From the NCBI RefSeq assembly GCF_902713615.1, contig NC_052152.1, forward strand, positions 116,357,773 through 116,421,772: DNA of 64,000 bases. Direction: 5' to 3'. Both the position numbers and the translations under genes were made by a program. This document shows positions 13,130 through 28,515 of the stretch, one piece after another (the first letter of the stretch is position 1; each line of letters starts with the position of its first letter). Below the pieces are notes generated by a model that saw only the letters and a list, made by a program, of their open reading frames with translations, was not told the DNA's origin and ran no database searches. This stretch comes from Scyliorhinus canicula (taxonomy: Eukaryota).

Positions 13130-13214
13130 TCAACCAAGGTTTAGTCAAAGTATGATGCCAATGCAGGCAAGCACAATGAGGTCAGGAATAGCCTTGTTTT
13201 ACAAGCACTGTATT

Positions 13215-13680
13215 TAGACACACGTCAATCGTTTTCCTGAGCCTAAGTTTCCCCTCTTTCAGGAGATTTTCTCCTACTAAGTGGTCTCAAATGCCTAAAG
13301 AGTATTCCATTTTTCATCAGATTATCTTTGAGCTGTCCAAATTCACATGATTCTGCTTACTGTGTTACTGCAGTGACGTGCTGTTCAATGGGTTATCTTT
13401 TCCTTTGAACTCTTGTGTTGAACGCAGAGCATTCATTCAAGGCTTTCATAATCTCTGTTGTCTGTTTTCTTTGTTTGTTGGATAGATTTAGGGTGGTAGC
13501 AATCCCTCCCAGCAGTGTTACAAATATGGCTAATCTTATCAATTCTGGCTTGTTAATCAAACCTGTTGCCAGCTCGTAGTTTTGCCATTGCAAGTGGAAA
13601 AACTGCCAGTTCTGCCACATATCACCTTTCATTTTGACAGGAAGTGGGAGGGAAAGGTTTACAGCCTTGTTCACTCACCC
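13215..13680 (-). mobile_element. Gypsy LTR-retrotransposon gag remnant
   Basis: ORF 13393-13674 GDMWQNWQFFHLQWQNYELATGL..KPELIRLA...FNTRVQ followed by broken AESCEFGQLKDNLM...LLKEGKL...IDVC. Confidence 0.75.
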
Positions 13681-13735
13681 ACCATTTTACTTGTAGCCTT
13701 GCCTTCGGTACGCGTTTGCTTCTCCTTGCCCTTTT

Positions 13736-13960
13736 AAAAAAAATAAATTTAGAGTACCCAATTATTTTTTCCAATTAAGGGGCACTTTAGCATGGCCAAT
13801 CCGCCTACCCTGCACATCTTTGGGTTGTGGGGGTGAAACCCACGCAGACACGGGGAGAATGTGCAAACTCCACACGGACAGTGACCCAGGCCCGGGATTC
13901 GAACCCAGGTCCTCAGCGCCGTAGGCAGCAATGTTAACCACTGTGCCACCGTGTTGCCCT
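13736..13960 (-). mobile_element. Short A-tailed V-SINE, 13-bp TSD
   Basis: TSD TCCTTGCCCTTTT at 13723-13735 and 13961-13973. Confidence 0.9.
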
Positions 13961-14011
13961 TCCTTGCCCTTTTTTAAAGCAGATTTTTTTTTACCAGATT
14001 TGACCATTTCT

Positions 14012-14240
14012 TTTTTTTAAAATAAATTTAGAGTGTCCAATTAATTTTTTTCCAATTAAGGGGTAATTTAGCGTGGCCAATTCACCTACCCTGCACATCT
14101 TTTGGGTTGGGGGGTGAAACCCAGGCAAACACAGAAGAATGTGCCAACTCCACACGGTCAGTGACCCAGAGCCGGAATCGAACCTGGGACCTCGGCGCCG
14201 TGAGGCAACCATGCTAACCATTTGCGCCACCGTGCTGCCC
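14012..14240 (-). mobile_element. Short A-tailed V-SINE, 11-bp TSD
   Basis: TGACCATTTCT / TGAACATTTCT flanks. Confidence 0.88.
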
Positions 14241-14999
14241 TGAACATTTCTGTGTGCCTTTCTGAAGTGTGTCTTCTCTGCAGATTTTCCAGGATTTCAA
14301 ATCTGTATTTCATTTCCACTTCCTGAAATTGGGTTTTGGGTTCAATGATTGCAGTGCTTTCCAATCTGAAGTCTTTAGTGAAGTGAGCGTAGGGTGGCAG
14401 TTTACAGAGCTTAGATCATGGCCAAGGTCACATGACTACAGCAAGCCAGATAGATCAATTAGTTTTGCTACATTGTAAAACCCAAATATGTTCCTTTTCA
14501 TAATTAATAAAAGATCTAAACACAGCTCATTGTTAATTTTTAGAGCAATAAAATGGAAAAGCCGAGAGATTATGTTAAACATATGAAGACTTTGGTTAGA
14601 CCACATAGAATGCTGTGCAGAATTCTGGTCTCCATATTATATGAAGGATATCGAAGCACTGGAAAAATTGCAAAAAATAATTTAGAAAGATGAAAGGAAC
14701 TGAACTGAGGGATTACAGCCATCAGGAAGACTTAACTGGCGGGAACTTTTCTACAGAAGAGACTAATACGTGACCTGGTAGAGATCTTTAAAATGATGAA
14801 GAAGTTTGATGGAATAATGATAGAGTAGGTATTTCCATTTCATGGGGGGGGGGGGGGAGACTCCAAGACAAGGGCCACAGAGGAGAGGTTCCCTAACTGT
14901 GGGTCATGACTAACAAACAACTGGGGCCATGGGCTCCAAGGCAGTGATGGCGGTGATGGAGGCTCAGATTTGACAGTCCTGGGATTGTCTTTTTAAAAT

Positions 15000-15770
15000 T
15001 CATTTATGGGAATTTGGCATCGCGGGTTGGACAGCATTTATCGGCCATCCCTAGTTGTCCTCCAGAAGGTGGTGATGAGTTGCTTTCTTAAACCGCTACA
15101 GTCCTTGATGTGTAGGTACACCCACAGTGCTGTTAGGGAGGGAGTTCCAGGACGTTGCTCCAGTGGCAGTGAAGGCAGGGCCATATATTTCCAGTCAGGA
15201 TGGTGAGTAACTCCAGGTGGTGGGGTTCCCAGGTATCTGCTGCTCTTGTCCTTGTAGATGGTAGTGGATGTGGGTTTGGAAGGTGTTGTCTAAGGAACCT
15301 TGGTGAGTTACTGCAGTGCAGCTTGTAGATGGTGCACACGGCTGTTCATCAGTGGTGGAGGGTTTGAATGCTTGTGGAAGGAGGAGCAATCAAGCAGGCT
15401 GCTTTGTCCTGGGTCGTGTTGAGCTTCTTGAGTGTTGTTAACCCGTCTAGACAAGTGGAAAGTATTCCATTACACTCCTGACTTGTGCCTTGTAGATGAA
15501 GGACAGGCTTTTGGGGGATAAGGAGGTGATTATTTGCCATACGATTCCTAGCCTTTGACCTGCCCTCGTAGCCATAGTATTAATGTGACTAGTCCAGTTC
15601 AGTTTCTGAGCAATGATAACCCCCAGGATGTTGATTGTGGGGGATTCAGTGATGGTAATGCCATTGAATGACAAGAGGTGGTGCTTAGATCCTCTCTTGT
15701 AGGAGATGGTCATTGCCTGACATTTGTGCGGCGCAAATGTAACTTGCCAATTGTCAGCCCAAGCCCTATT
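15000..15770 (-). mobile_element. CR1/L2-group LINE 3' fragment
   Basis: ORF 15447-15797 WADNWQVTFAPHKCQAM...YKAQVRSVMEY. Confidence 0.72.
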
Positions 15771-15914
15771 AAACGTGCACAATCTTTTTTTGCCCATGGG
15801 CGTGGTCTAGTCCAATGATTTGGAGTCCCAATTGCTGACACCAGCAGAGCCTGCAAAATGGTAGGTGTCTTTATTGCTCTTTTTGTCTTTGAACCTCTGC
15901 TATTGAATTCTGCC

Positions 15915-15955
<41 letters not shown>

Positions 15956-16119
15956 ACTTTGTTACAAAACTGCTCTCCCAATTCTCCCTGTGGGCTCACA
16001 CCAGGTGGGAAATATAAAAAAGAGGTCACAGCATAGAACAGTAGCACTGTCATTGTGAAAAGACAGTAGTTAACGATTCCAATAAGCTAATAAATTTAAA
16101 ATGCCTGGTGCAATTGGGT

Positions 16120-16685
16120 AGCACCTCATCTTCCAATTAGACACTTTACAGTCTTCCAGACTTAACATCGAGCTCAACAACTTCCAACTGTGAAGTCTCT
16201 TCTCCATCTTCACCCCATTTTTATTTCTATCCATTTATTTTCATTTCTTCCATCGACCTGTCTTTCCTCACCATTGTCTCCTCTGCCCCCTCCCCACCCA
16301 CTAAGGCCATTTTTTCCCTGCTTCAAGTTGTCCTTATCCCTGTTCTGCCATTAACACATTCCGACCTCTTGATCTGCCCCTATCAGCACCCTTCTTAGTC
16401 ATTATCACCATTATTTACATTCCCATTGTCTTTCTCAATCTCCACTATTTGCTGGCCCTCTATCCAGTCTCACTGCTTCACCCCCCCCCCCTCCCCGCCC
16501 CCTCCTCCCACAACAGTACAAAGTTCGTCCTATTTCCAGCTCTCTCCAGCTTTGACAAAGAGCCACTCAGAAGGAAAACGTTAGCTCCCTTCCCTCTCCA
16601 CAGATACTTGTCAGACCTGCTGAGATTGTCCAGCATTTTCTGTTTTTGTTTCAGGTTCCAGCATCCGCAGTAATTTGCTTTAATC
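16120..16685 (+). mobile_element. Penelope-like element 3' fragment
   Basis: HLIFQLDTLQSSRLNIELNNFQL* (16122-16193) resembles the GIY-YIG ORF C-terminus; pyrimidine-rich UTR, hammerhead-like TTGACAAAG..AAACGTTAGCT, and the shared terminus. Confidence 0.75.
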
Positions 16686-16977
16686 TTAAATCCAATAAGG
16701 AATTCAGAGGGAATTTCTTTACATAGAACAGCAATGTTTTTGAATGAGGAATCTAGCAGCCTGAGCTAATGTTCATGTGGATATGCCAATATAGGGACTG
16801 GGGGAAGATAAATTCAGTTCATTAAATAAAAAAGCTAGCCTTGGTAATAATGGTAATTAAACTATTAGCGATTGTTGTAAAAACCCATCTGCTTCACTAA
16901 TGTCCTTTAGGGAAGGAAATCTGCCATCCTTAGCTGGTCTGGCCTACCTGTGACTCCAGACCTACAGCAGTGAGGTT

Positions 16978-17492
16978 AACAAAGAACAAAGAAACGTACA
17001 GCATAGAAACAGGCCCTTCGGCCCTCCAAGCCTGCGCCGACCACGCTGCCCAGCTCAACTAAAAACCTTCACATTCCGGGGTCTGTATCCCTCTATTCCC
17101 ATCCTATTCATGCATTTGTCAAGATGCCCCTCAAATGTCACTATTGTCCCTGCTTCCACCATCTCCACTGGCAGCGAGTTCCAGGCACCCACTACCCTCT
17201 GTGTAAAAAAACTTTCCTCGCACATCTCCTCTAAACTTTGCCCCTCGCACCTTAAACCATGTCCCCTAGTAATTGACTTTTCCACCCTGGGAAAAAGCTG
17301 CTGACTATCCACTCTGTCCATGCCCTTCATAATTTTGGAGACTTCTATCAGGGTGCCCCTCAACCTCCGTCATTCCGGTGAGAACAAATCGAGTTTTTCT
17401 AACATCTCCTCATAGCTAATACCCTCCATACCAGGCAACACCTTGGTAAACCTATTCTGTACCCTCTCCATAGCATCCACATCCTTCTGGTA
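16978..17492 (-). mobile_element. CR1 LINE 3' fragment
   Basis: ERVQNRFTKVLPG / RGTLIEV.KIMKG / FFTQRVV..WNSLP motifs plus tail. Confidence 0.85.
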
Positions 17493-18722
17493 ATAAGTAG
17501 GACCTGTATTCTCGCCAATGCCCCCCACTGTTCTGCTGTCGATTAACCCAGAGGTAGCTGCTCCCAGTCTACTACTTTGGCCAGATCCTCCCATATTTTA
17601 ATAAAATCAGCATTCCCCCAATCTAAATCCTTCCCCTACTCTGGGTAGGGGGTGTCAATGTCCATCACCAAGAGTGGCTCGGTATCATCACGATTGACTG
17701 AGTTGGCTGAATCCAGAAGGATGTAGCTGTCAGACTGGGCCTGCGGCAGGTGGAAAGGGTTAAGGCTTGTAGATTTCCCAGTCAAATGTTCAAAAGCCAT
17801 GCAGCCCACTATGTTATGTTCTTCTATTCGATATAAATGTGCAATTATACGACAAGGATGGGTAAAATAATAATCCGGGTTCTTTATTTGAAGATAAGAC
17901 TATATACAAATATAGGAGGCTTGAGTATACATGTTTGACTTCTCCCATCTATTGCTGTAGACTGAATATAAATTCAGCAGATACTTGAGAACCCCACCAC
18001 CTGGCGTTTCTCCTCCAAGTCACTCACCATCCTGACTTGGAAACATACTGCCATTCCTTCACTGGGTCAAAATCCTGGAACTCCCTCCCTAACAGCACAG
18101 TGGGTGTGCCTACACCTCAGGGACTGCAGCGGTTCAAAAAGGCAGCTCACCACCACCTTCTGAAGGCCGATAAATCCTGGCCTAGCCAACGACATCCACA
18201 ACCCTTGAAAGAATAGAAGAAAACACAGAGTACAACCTTCTTCTCGTGTGTGATATCTTGCACTGTGGCTTGTTAAGTGGATTCCCATTAATTCTACCAC
18301 TAATTCTGGGTGGCTGCACTCATTCGTAATGTGGGGAACCTTCTGGTCGGGGTGACCACAGCCACAGTCTGGGGGAGTCTTTGATAGCCTGTTTGTGGAG
18401 GAGGGCTGTTGTCCTTGCATGGAGAATGTGGATCACTGTTTACAAGGGAGGTCGGAGCCTGGAGGGTTCACTGTTGGATCCCTCGCCTGATTTACTTGTC
18501 ATATATAGCAGTGGTTCGAATATAGAAATCCTTGTTGCGGGGAGTAGTCGAATCAAATAACAGAGATAGATTTAAAGGGAGGCTTAAAAAACAAAATCAT
18601 GAAAGAGAAACAAATGGTAGATTTTGTTGATATGGTGAGCTGAAGGAGGATAAGAGGAGGCTGATGTGGAGCACAAACAACAGGTTAGACAAGATGGGCC
18701 GAAGGGTCTGTTTTTGTGCTGA

Positions 18723-21422
<2,700 letters not shown>

Positions 21423-21485
21423 AAGGTCTACACTCCTTCACTGCCCCACCCACAAATCTCCTCTCCCAACTCCTATCCTTTAATT

Positions 21486-21933
21486 CAGGGGTGGGCAAAC
21501 TTTTACGTGCAAGGGCTACATTCAGAAATTCACAATTTTAAAAGGGCCGCATAGTATATTAATTAATAGTCCCGGTTGTAACCAATTAGCGTGCGGCATA
21601 TACCTCAGCGCTTCCCCCAGCGGCATCCTGCCTTTAGCCCTCTTTTTCAACTTTTCAAAAATGACGCTTCACCCGATTATGATTCTGGGCGCCTCATATT
21701 GAACATAGAACAGTACAGCACAGAACAGGCCCTTCGGCCCTCTATGTTGTGCCGAGTAACGATCACCCTACTCAAGTCAACGTATCCACCCTATACCCGC
21801 AACCCAACAGCACCCCCCCCCCCCCCCAATTAACCTTATTTAAAAAAAAAAAAAATTTTTTAAAAAATTTTTATGACTTGATCTTGGTGGGCCGCATAAA
21901 GACCTTTGGCGGGCCGTAGTTTGCCCACCCCTG
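21486..21933. mobile_element. hAT MITE with 16-bp perfect TIRs and 8-bp TSD
   Basis: CAGGGGTGGGCAAACT...AGTTTGCCCACCCCTG; flanks CTTTAATT/CTCTAATT; a SINE/CR1 tail is nested at ~21701-21870. Confidence 0.9.
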
Positions 21934-22171
21934 CTCTAATTCAACCCCTAAATCTCACTACAATTCTCTGAAAGGACAGGTTGATGTTAGTAATGACCCA
22001 GTACCTTCCCCTGCTCTAGGCTCCAGTCCCATTATTAATTAAAATGTGGCTCCAGGCACGACTTGCCCCATCATTCAGACACAAGATATGAACCCCCATG
22101 GCCACTTCCACATCACTCAAATTCAAATTTCTACAATCTTCGCTCTGGCACAGCTCAGATTTGAGAAACTA

Positions 22172-22300
22172 GCAAGAGTCATCCAGACTCGAAATGTGAG
22201 CTCCATTCTCTCCCCGCAGGTGCTGTCAGACCTGCTGAGATTATCCAGTATTTCCCGCTTGTGTTTCAGATTGCAGCATCCGCAGTAATTTGCTTTTATT
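22172..22300 (+). mobile_element. Penelope-like terminus fragment
   Basis: GAGTC-ATCCA-GACTC-GAAATGTGAGCTC...CAGACCTGCTGAGA...GCAGTAATTTGCTTTTATT. Confidence 0.7.
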
Positions 22301-22964
22301 AGATTTGAGAAAGTTGATCCTCCTCCGACATCTTTATTCACCCTGACCAGATAAGGGTACCCTGAAGAGCAACAACACAGACTTTAATATAATGAAATGT
22401 CCCATTGGAACAACAATGTAAGACACTGAGACACAAAAGGAGAGATTAGATCTGATGACCAAAAGCTTGTCAGAGTTGTGGGTTTTAAGGAGAGTCTTTA
22501 AAGAACGAAAGTGAGGTCGAGAGACGGAGATGTGTAGGGAGCGAATTCCAGAGCCTGGGACCGAGGAAACTCAAGGTGTGATTATATTCAGAGATATTCC
22601 AGAGGCCACAATTAGGGCGACTCAGCGATCTTGGAGTATAATGGAGGAGATTACAGAGGTAGGGAGAGGAGAGGCCCTGAAGGGATTTGAAAATGAGAAT
22701 TTTAAAATTGAGGTGCAGTTTAACTGGGAGTCAATGTAAAGGGAACAGGATTGTCGTGATTCAGGACGTGGGCAGCAGGGTTTTAGATGAGCTCAGGTTT
22801 ATGGAGGGGAGAATGTGGGAGCATAGCAAGGAGAAGGTTGGAATAGTCGGGTCTGGAGTAAACAAAGAAATGGATGAGGGTTTCAGCAGCAGGTGTGCTG
22901 CCACGGGGGTGGAAGCGGACCCTTCGTACAATCTACATTTTATAGAGCAGCCATCCTGTCACCA

Positions 22965-24676
22965 TGTCACCCACCCTCCCAGCCACCCTCTAACCCACCC
23001 AGTCACTGTGTCACCCACCCACCTGCCCAGCTACCCTCCAACACACCCAGTGTCAACAACCCAGTCGCCCACCCACAACCCAGTCACCCAGTCACTCGCC
23101 CAGCCACCCACCCACAACCCAGTCACTCGCCCAGCCACCCACCCACAACCCAGCCACTCGCCCACAACGCAGTCACTCGCCCACAATGCAGTCACTCGCC
23201 CAGCCACCCACCCACAACCCAGTCACTCGCCCACAACGCAGTCACTCGCCCAGCCACCCACCCACAACCCAGTCACTCGCCCACAACGCAGTCACTCGCC
23301 CAGCCACCCACCCACAACGCAGTCACTCGCCCAGTCACCCACCCACAACGCAGTCACTCGCCCAGCCACCCACCCACAACCCAGTCACTTGCCCACAACC
23401 CAGTCACTCGCCCAGTCACCCACCCACAACCCAGTCACTCGCCCAGCTACCCACCCACAACCCAGTCACTCGCCCAGCCACCCACCCACAACCCAGTCAC
23501 TCGCCCAGCCACCCACCCACAACCCAGTCACTCGCCCACAACCCAGTCACTCGCCCAGTCACCCACCCACAACCCAGTCACTCGCCCAGCCACCCACCCA
23601 CAACCCAGTCACCCACCCACAACCCAGTCACTTGCCCACAACCCAGTCACTCGCCCAGTCACCCACCCACAACCCAGTCACTCGCCCACAACCCAGTCAC
23701 TCGCCCAGTCACCCACCCACAACCCAGTCACCCACCCACAACCCAGTCACTCGCCCAGTCACCCACCCACAACCCAGTCACTCGCCCAGCCACCCACCCA
23801 CAACCCAGCCACCCACCCACAACCCAGTCACTCGCCCAGTCACCCACCCACAACCCAGTCACTCGCCCAGTCACCCACCCACAACACAGTCACTCGCCCA
23901 GTCACCCACCCACAACCCAGTCACTCGCCCAGTCACCCACCCACAACCCAGTCACTCGCCCAGTCACCCACCCACAACCCAGTCACTCGCCCAGTCACCC
24001 ACCCACAACGCAGTCACTCGCCCAGTCACCCACCCACAACGCAGTCACTTGCCCAGTCACTCGCCCAGTCACTCATTCATCCACCCAATCACTTGCCCAG
24101 TCACTCAGTCACATGCCCAGTCACATGCCCAGTCACTCATGCACCTGCCCATTACACATCCAGTCACTAATGCACCCACCCAGTCACTCGTCCATTCACC
24201 CGCCCAGTCTGTTGCCCTGTCACTTGTCTGGTCACTTACTCACTCGCCCAGTCTTTCGCCCAGTCTCTCGCCCAGTCTCTCACCCAGTCACTTGTCTAGT
24301 CACTTATTCACCTGCCTAGTCACCCTCCCAGTCAGTCATTCACCCACCCAGTCACTCCCCTAGTCACTCGCACAGTCAGCCATTCATCCGCCGAGTCACT
24401 CATTCACCTGCCCAGTCACCCATCCAGTCAGTCATCCACCCACCTAGTCATCCACCCACAACCCAGTCACTCGCCCAGTCATTCATTCACCCGCCCAGTC
24501 ACCCTCCCAGTCAGTCATTCACCCTCCCAGTCACTCGCCCAATCACCCGTCCAGTCACTCATTCACCCATCCAGTGACCCTCCCAGTCAGTCATTCACCC
24601 ACTCAGTCACTTGCCCAGTCACTCATTCACTCACCCAGTCAGTCAATCACTCACCCAGTCTCCCGCCCAGTCACCC
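22965..24676. repeat. C/A-rich composite minisatellite (CCAGTCACTCGC / CCACCCACAAC modules)
   Basis: Homogeneous core ~23080-24060 with degenerate flanks. Confidence 0.93.
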
Positions 24677-25741
24677 GATATTACTGGTACTGGGTGAAAA
24701 TGCGCTTGTGGTTTACTGATGTTTTTAAGAAGGTAATGGAACTAAATTTTAGCAAGGAATGATCCTATTAATGAATTTAGAACATTGAAATTGAATAGCT
24801 GATTTGAACCGTCTATGAAATGAAATAGAATGAAGGCTGATCCAGTGAGTCTGACTGATCAGCAAAGTGTCAAATGGCAACTGCTACCTCCAGCTGAAAT
24901 GTGACAAAGAGAGATTTACATTTATTTAGCATCTTTCACAACTTTGTGACATTCCCAAGTGTTTTATAGCCAATAATTAACTTTTGTAGTTGGTTGCAAT
25001 GTAATAACATAACAGCCAATGTGCATGCAGCAAGATCCTAGAAGCAGCAATGAGATTGTCATGGAAATTATAATAAAGACAAATGCTTTGAGCTTTGTTT
25101 CAGGAAATTTATTTGACACAAATTTGCAGAGTGGGCCATGTTTGGCTAAATAGCCATTCCACAGTACTCTGAATAATACAGTTGAAAATCATTATATTTA
25201 TAGTGTGAAATAAACAGCTATAAAGAAATAAAACTTTGGGAACATACGCAAAAGAAAATACAAATGTTTTGCACTTAGTTTAAAAATAATTCTCGTACAC
25301 CTTTATTATCCTTCGGGAGGACAATGTGCTATCATAATAAGGCCAAGAACAAAATATTAAGCAGTATCTTTTTCTGTCACCTGATGTTCTAAATTTTGTT
25401 CAGAAGCTGTGTTAAGAAGAATATAGTAAAACAATCCTATCATGTTTTAAAGTGCCAATTTCTTTAATAGCAACTAGATATTGATGTATGCTCTAAGTGG
25501 GCAACGGATCCTAACATTAATTTCCCTTACACAGAGATGGATTACTGTATAATGGGTTTGAGGTGTTGGCTGAGGGAGAAATATTGACCCAAGGACAGAG
25601 GAGAGCTGCCGACCTCTTCTCCAAATAGAAAGGGAGCAACGTGCAGGCACCAGACAGTGACTTAAAAACACAGAACACACCCAAATCAACTTTCCAAACT
25701 CTCCTTGTGCTAATGTGAGGAGTTCAGGATGTTGGGAAATA

Positions 25742-26063
25742 GGCCTCACGATAGCATGGTGGTTAGCATCAATGCTTCACAGCTCCAGGGTCCCAGGTTC
25801 GGTTCCCGGCTGGGTCACTGTCTGTGTGGAGTCTGCACGTCCTCCCCGTGTGTGCGTGGGTTTCCTCCGGGTGCTCCGGTTTCCTCCCACAGTCCAAAGA
25901 TGTGCGGATTAGGTGGATTGGCCATGCTAAATTGCCCGTAGTGTAAAGGTTAATGGGGGGGTTGTTGGGTTAGGGGTATGTGGGTTTAAGTGGGGTGATC
26001 ATTGCTCGGCACAACATCGAGGGCCGAAGGGCCTGTTCTGTGCTGTACTGTTCTATGTCTATG
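25742..26063 (+). mobile_element. V-SINE, long CR1-tailed form
   Basis: Ends GGGCCGAAGGGCCTGTTCTGTGCTGTACTGTTCTATG. Confidence 0.88.
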
Positions 26064-26447
26064 TTTAATAGGAGAGAGAATCTGCAAAACTGGCTTGATG
26101 ACCAAAGACAAAGGGTGGCTGTGGAGGGTTTTTTTTCAAACTGGAGCCTGTGACCAGCGGTGTGCCTCAGGGATCAGTACTGGGTCCACTGTTATTTGTT
26201 ACTTCTATGAATGTTTTTGGATGAGAATTTAGGAGGCATGGTTAGCAAGTTTGCAGATGACACCAAGATTGGTGGCATGATGGACAGTGAAGAAGGTTAT
26301 CTAGGATTGCAACAGAATCTTCATCAATTGGGGCAGTGGCCGATGATTGGCAGGTGGAGTTTAATTGAGATAAATGTGAGGCGATGCATTTTGGGAGATC
26401 GAATCGGGGCGGGACCTACTCAGTTAATGGCAGGGTGTTGGGGAGAG

Positions 26448-27388
26448 TGTTGGACGGAATTGAAACTGAGTTCTGGAGACTGTGATATGCTTCAAGGAAA
26501 AGTCTTTATTGTTTCCCATGCATGTGGGAGACAGAGGGAGCTCGGCCCTGAACGATGCCCCGAGTCCGTGTTTCTCCCAGATTGTACATCGCAAGGTCAG
26601 TTATACTGTTCGATGTCGCAACGTTCCATATTGATATGGTAATTGTTTACTGAATACAGATAGTTTGAAAAACTTCGCAAAACCTAATACTTCAAAAAAA
26701 ATTATTTTATTTATTTATTAGATTACACAATTATTTTTTCCAATTAAGGGGCAATTTAGTGTGGCCAATCCACCTACTCTGCACATCTTTGGGTTGTGGG
26801 GGCGAAAACCCATTCGAGTACGGGGAGAATGTGCAAACTCCTCACAGTGACCCAGGGCCGGGATCGAACCTGGGGCCTCAGCGCCGTGAGGCAGCTGTGC
26901 TAACCACTATGCCATCGTGCTGCCCTTCAAAACCTAATACTGATTTGTTTTACTGGATGGTTCACATAATCTTGTTAAGTACAGACATTGTTTGAAACAG
27001 TACCGATAATCACATCTCCGAACGAGCTCTGGCCCTCAGTTAGCATGTCAAAAGGAAGTTTCAGTTATGAGGAGGTGTTAACGGCCTTCCCTACCTGAAT
27101 GTCCGAGGATAATGATCTTTCTTGGAATCTGGCTGCCTCCATGTGGTATCCCTGATTGTGTTGCTAAGGTTTCTCAGACTTTTGCCATTGTGGATGCTGA
27201 TGGCCTGTGTTGATTGCTGCCTGCCTGGATGTCTGAGTTAACCCTTCCCTGTTTTTTAGTGACGTCTGACTTGCTTTTGTGTATTTGTGCCTTTAATTGT
27301 ACGATTTAGACAGAATGTGAACAGACATGGGAATAAATATATATATATATATATATATAAAAGCATGGTCACCGATATTCCTACAACA
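26448..27388. mobile_element. Solo LTR inserted in CR1, itself carrying a SINE
   Basis: TGTTG...CAACA termini; 4-bp TSD AGAG (26444-26447, 27389-27392); CR1 sequence resumes after it. Confidence 0.82.
26692..26927 (-). mobile_element. Short V-SINE inside solo LTR, 14-bp TSD
   Basis: CAAAACCTAATACT at 26678-26691 and 26928-26941. Confidence 0.88.
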
Positions 27389-27665
27389 AGAGTTTTAAAA
27401 CAAAGATATCAGGGAGTACAGGTTCATAGCTCCTTGAAAGCGGAGCCACAGGTTGACAGGGTGGTGAAGAAGGCATTCAGCTTGCAAGGTTTCATTGGTC
27501 AGAACATTGAATACAGGAGTTGGGATGTCTTGCTGAAGTTGTACAAGACATTAGTAAGGCCATACTTGGAATACTGTATACAGTTCTGGTCACCCTTTGT
27601 AGAGAGGATATTATTAAACTAGAAAGAGTGCAGAAAAGATGTATAAGATGCTACTGGGACTTCAT

Positions 27666-28181
27666 GGGCGGAATTCTCAAACTCACGACGGGGCGGAGAA
27701 TAGCGGGCGGCGTAAATTTTTACGGCCACACTGGTCCGACGCCCTCCCGCTATTCTTCCCCCCCCCCACGCCCGCCTCCCGACACGAATCGCTGCCCGAC
27801 GTTTTTTTACGGCGAGCAGCGATTCTCCCCTGGCCGATGGGCCGATTTCCAAGGTCTTTACGACCGTTTTTATGAACGTAAATCACACCTGGTCTGACCG
27901 TTCGTAAAAACGACCGTAAAGTCCCGATCTGGGGAACCATGGCACCGATTGGCACGGCAGTACCACGGCCGTGCCAAGGGTGCCATGGGCCCGCGATCGG
28001 TGCCCACCGATCGCGGGCAGCGGGTACTTACCCTGCGCACTCTTTCTCCTTCCGCCGCCCCGCTGTATCCATTCACGGGGAGCAGAATCGTTTCCCGGTC
28101 GGGGGGGCGGAGGCTGGCGTCAAACTCGCCCGTTTTTGACGCCAGCCTCACGATTTCTCGCGGGTGCGGAGAATCACGCCC
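27666..28181. mobile_element. PIF/Harbinger-like GC-rich MITE
   Basis: TIRs GGGCGGAATTCTC / GAGAATCACGCCC; 3-bp TSD CAT; interrupts a CR1. Confidence 0.8.
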
Positions 28182-28289
28182 CATAGTTTGAGTTATGAGA
28201 GGCTGGATAGACTGGGACTTTTTTTCCCTGGAGCCTGGTAGCTTAAGGATGAGTTTATAGAGGTCTATAAAATAATGAGGGGCATAGAT

Positions 28290-28515
28290 TTTTTAAAAAA
28301 AATTTAGAGTACCCAATTCATCTTTCCAATTAAGGAACAATTTAGCGTGGCCAATCCATCAACACTGCACATCTTTGGGTTGTGGGGGCGAAACCCACGC
28401 AAACACTGGGAGAATGTGCAAATTCCACACGGACAGTGACCCAGGGCCGGGATCGAACCTGGGATCTCGGCGTCGTGAGGCAGTAATGCTAACCACTGTG
28501 CCACTGTGCTGCCCC
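28290..28515 (-). mobile_element. Short V-SINE inside CR1, 15-bp TSD
   Basis: ATGAGGGGCATAGAT / ATGAGGGGCCTAGAT flanks. Confidence 0.88.

Noticed and set aside
22687-24363. 558-aa mucin-like Pro/Thr/His ORF
   Set aside because: All three + frames give the same repeated peptide; no splice or domain support
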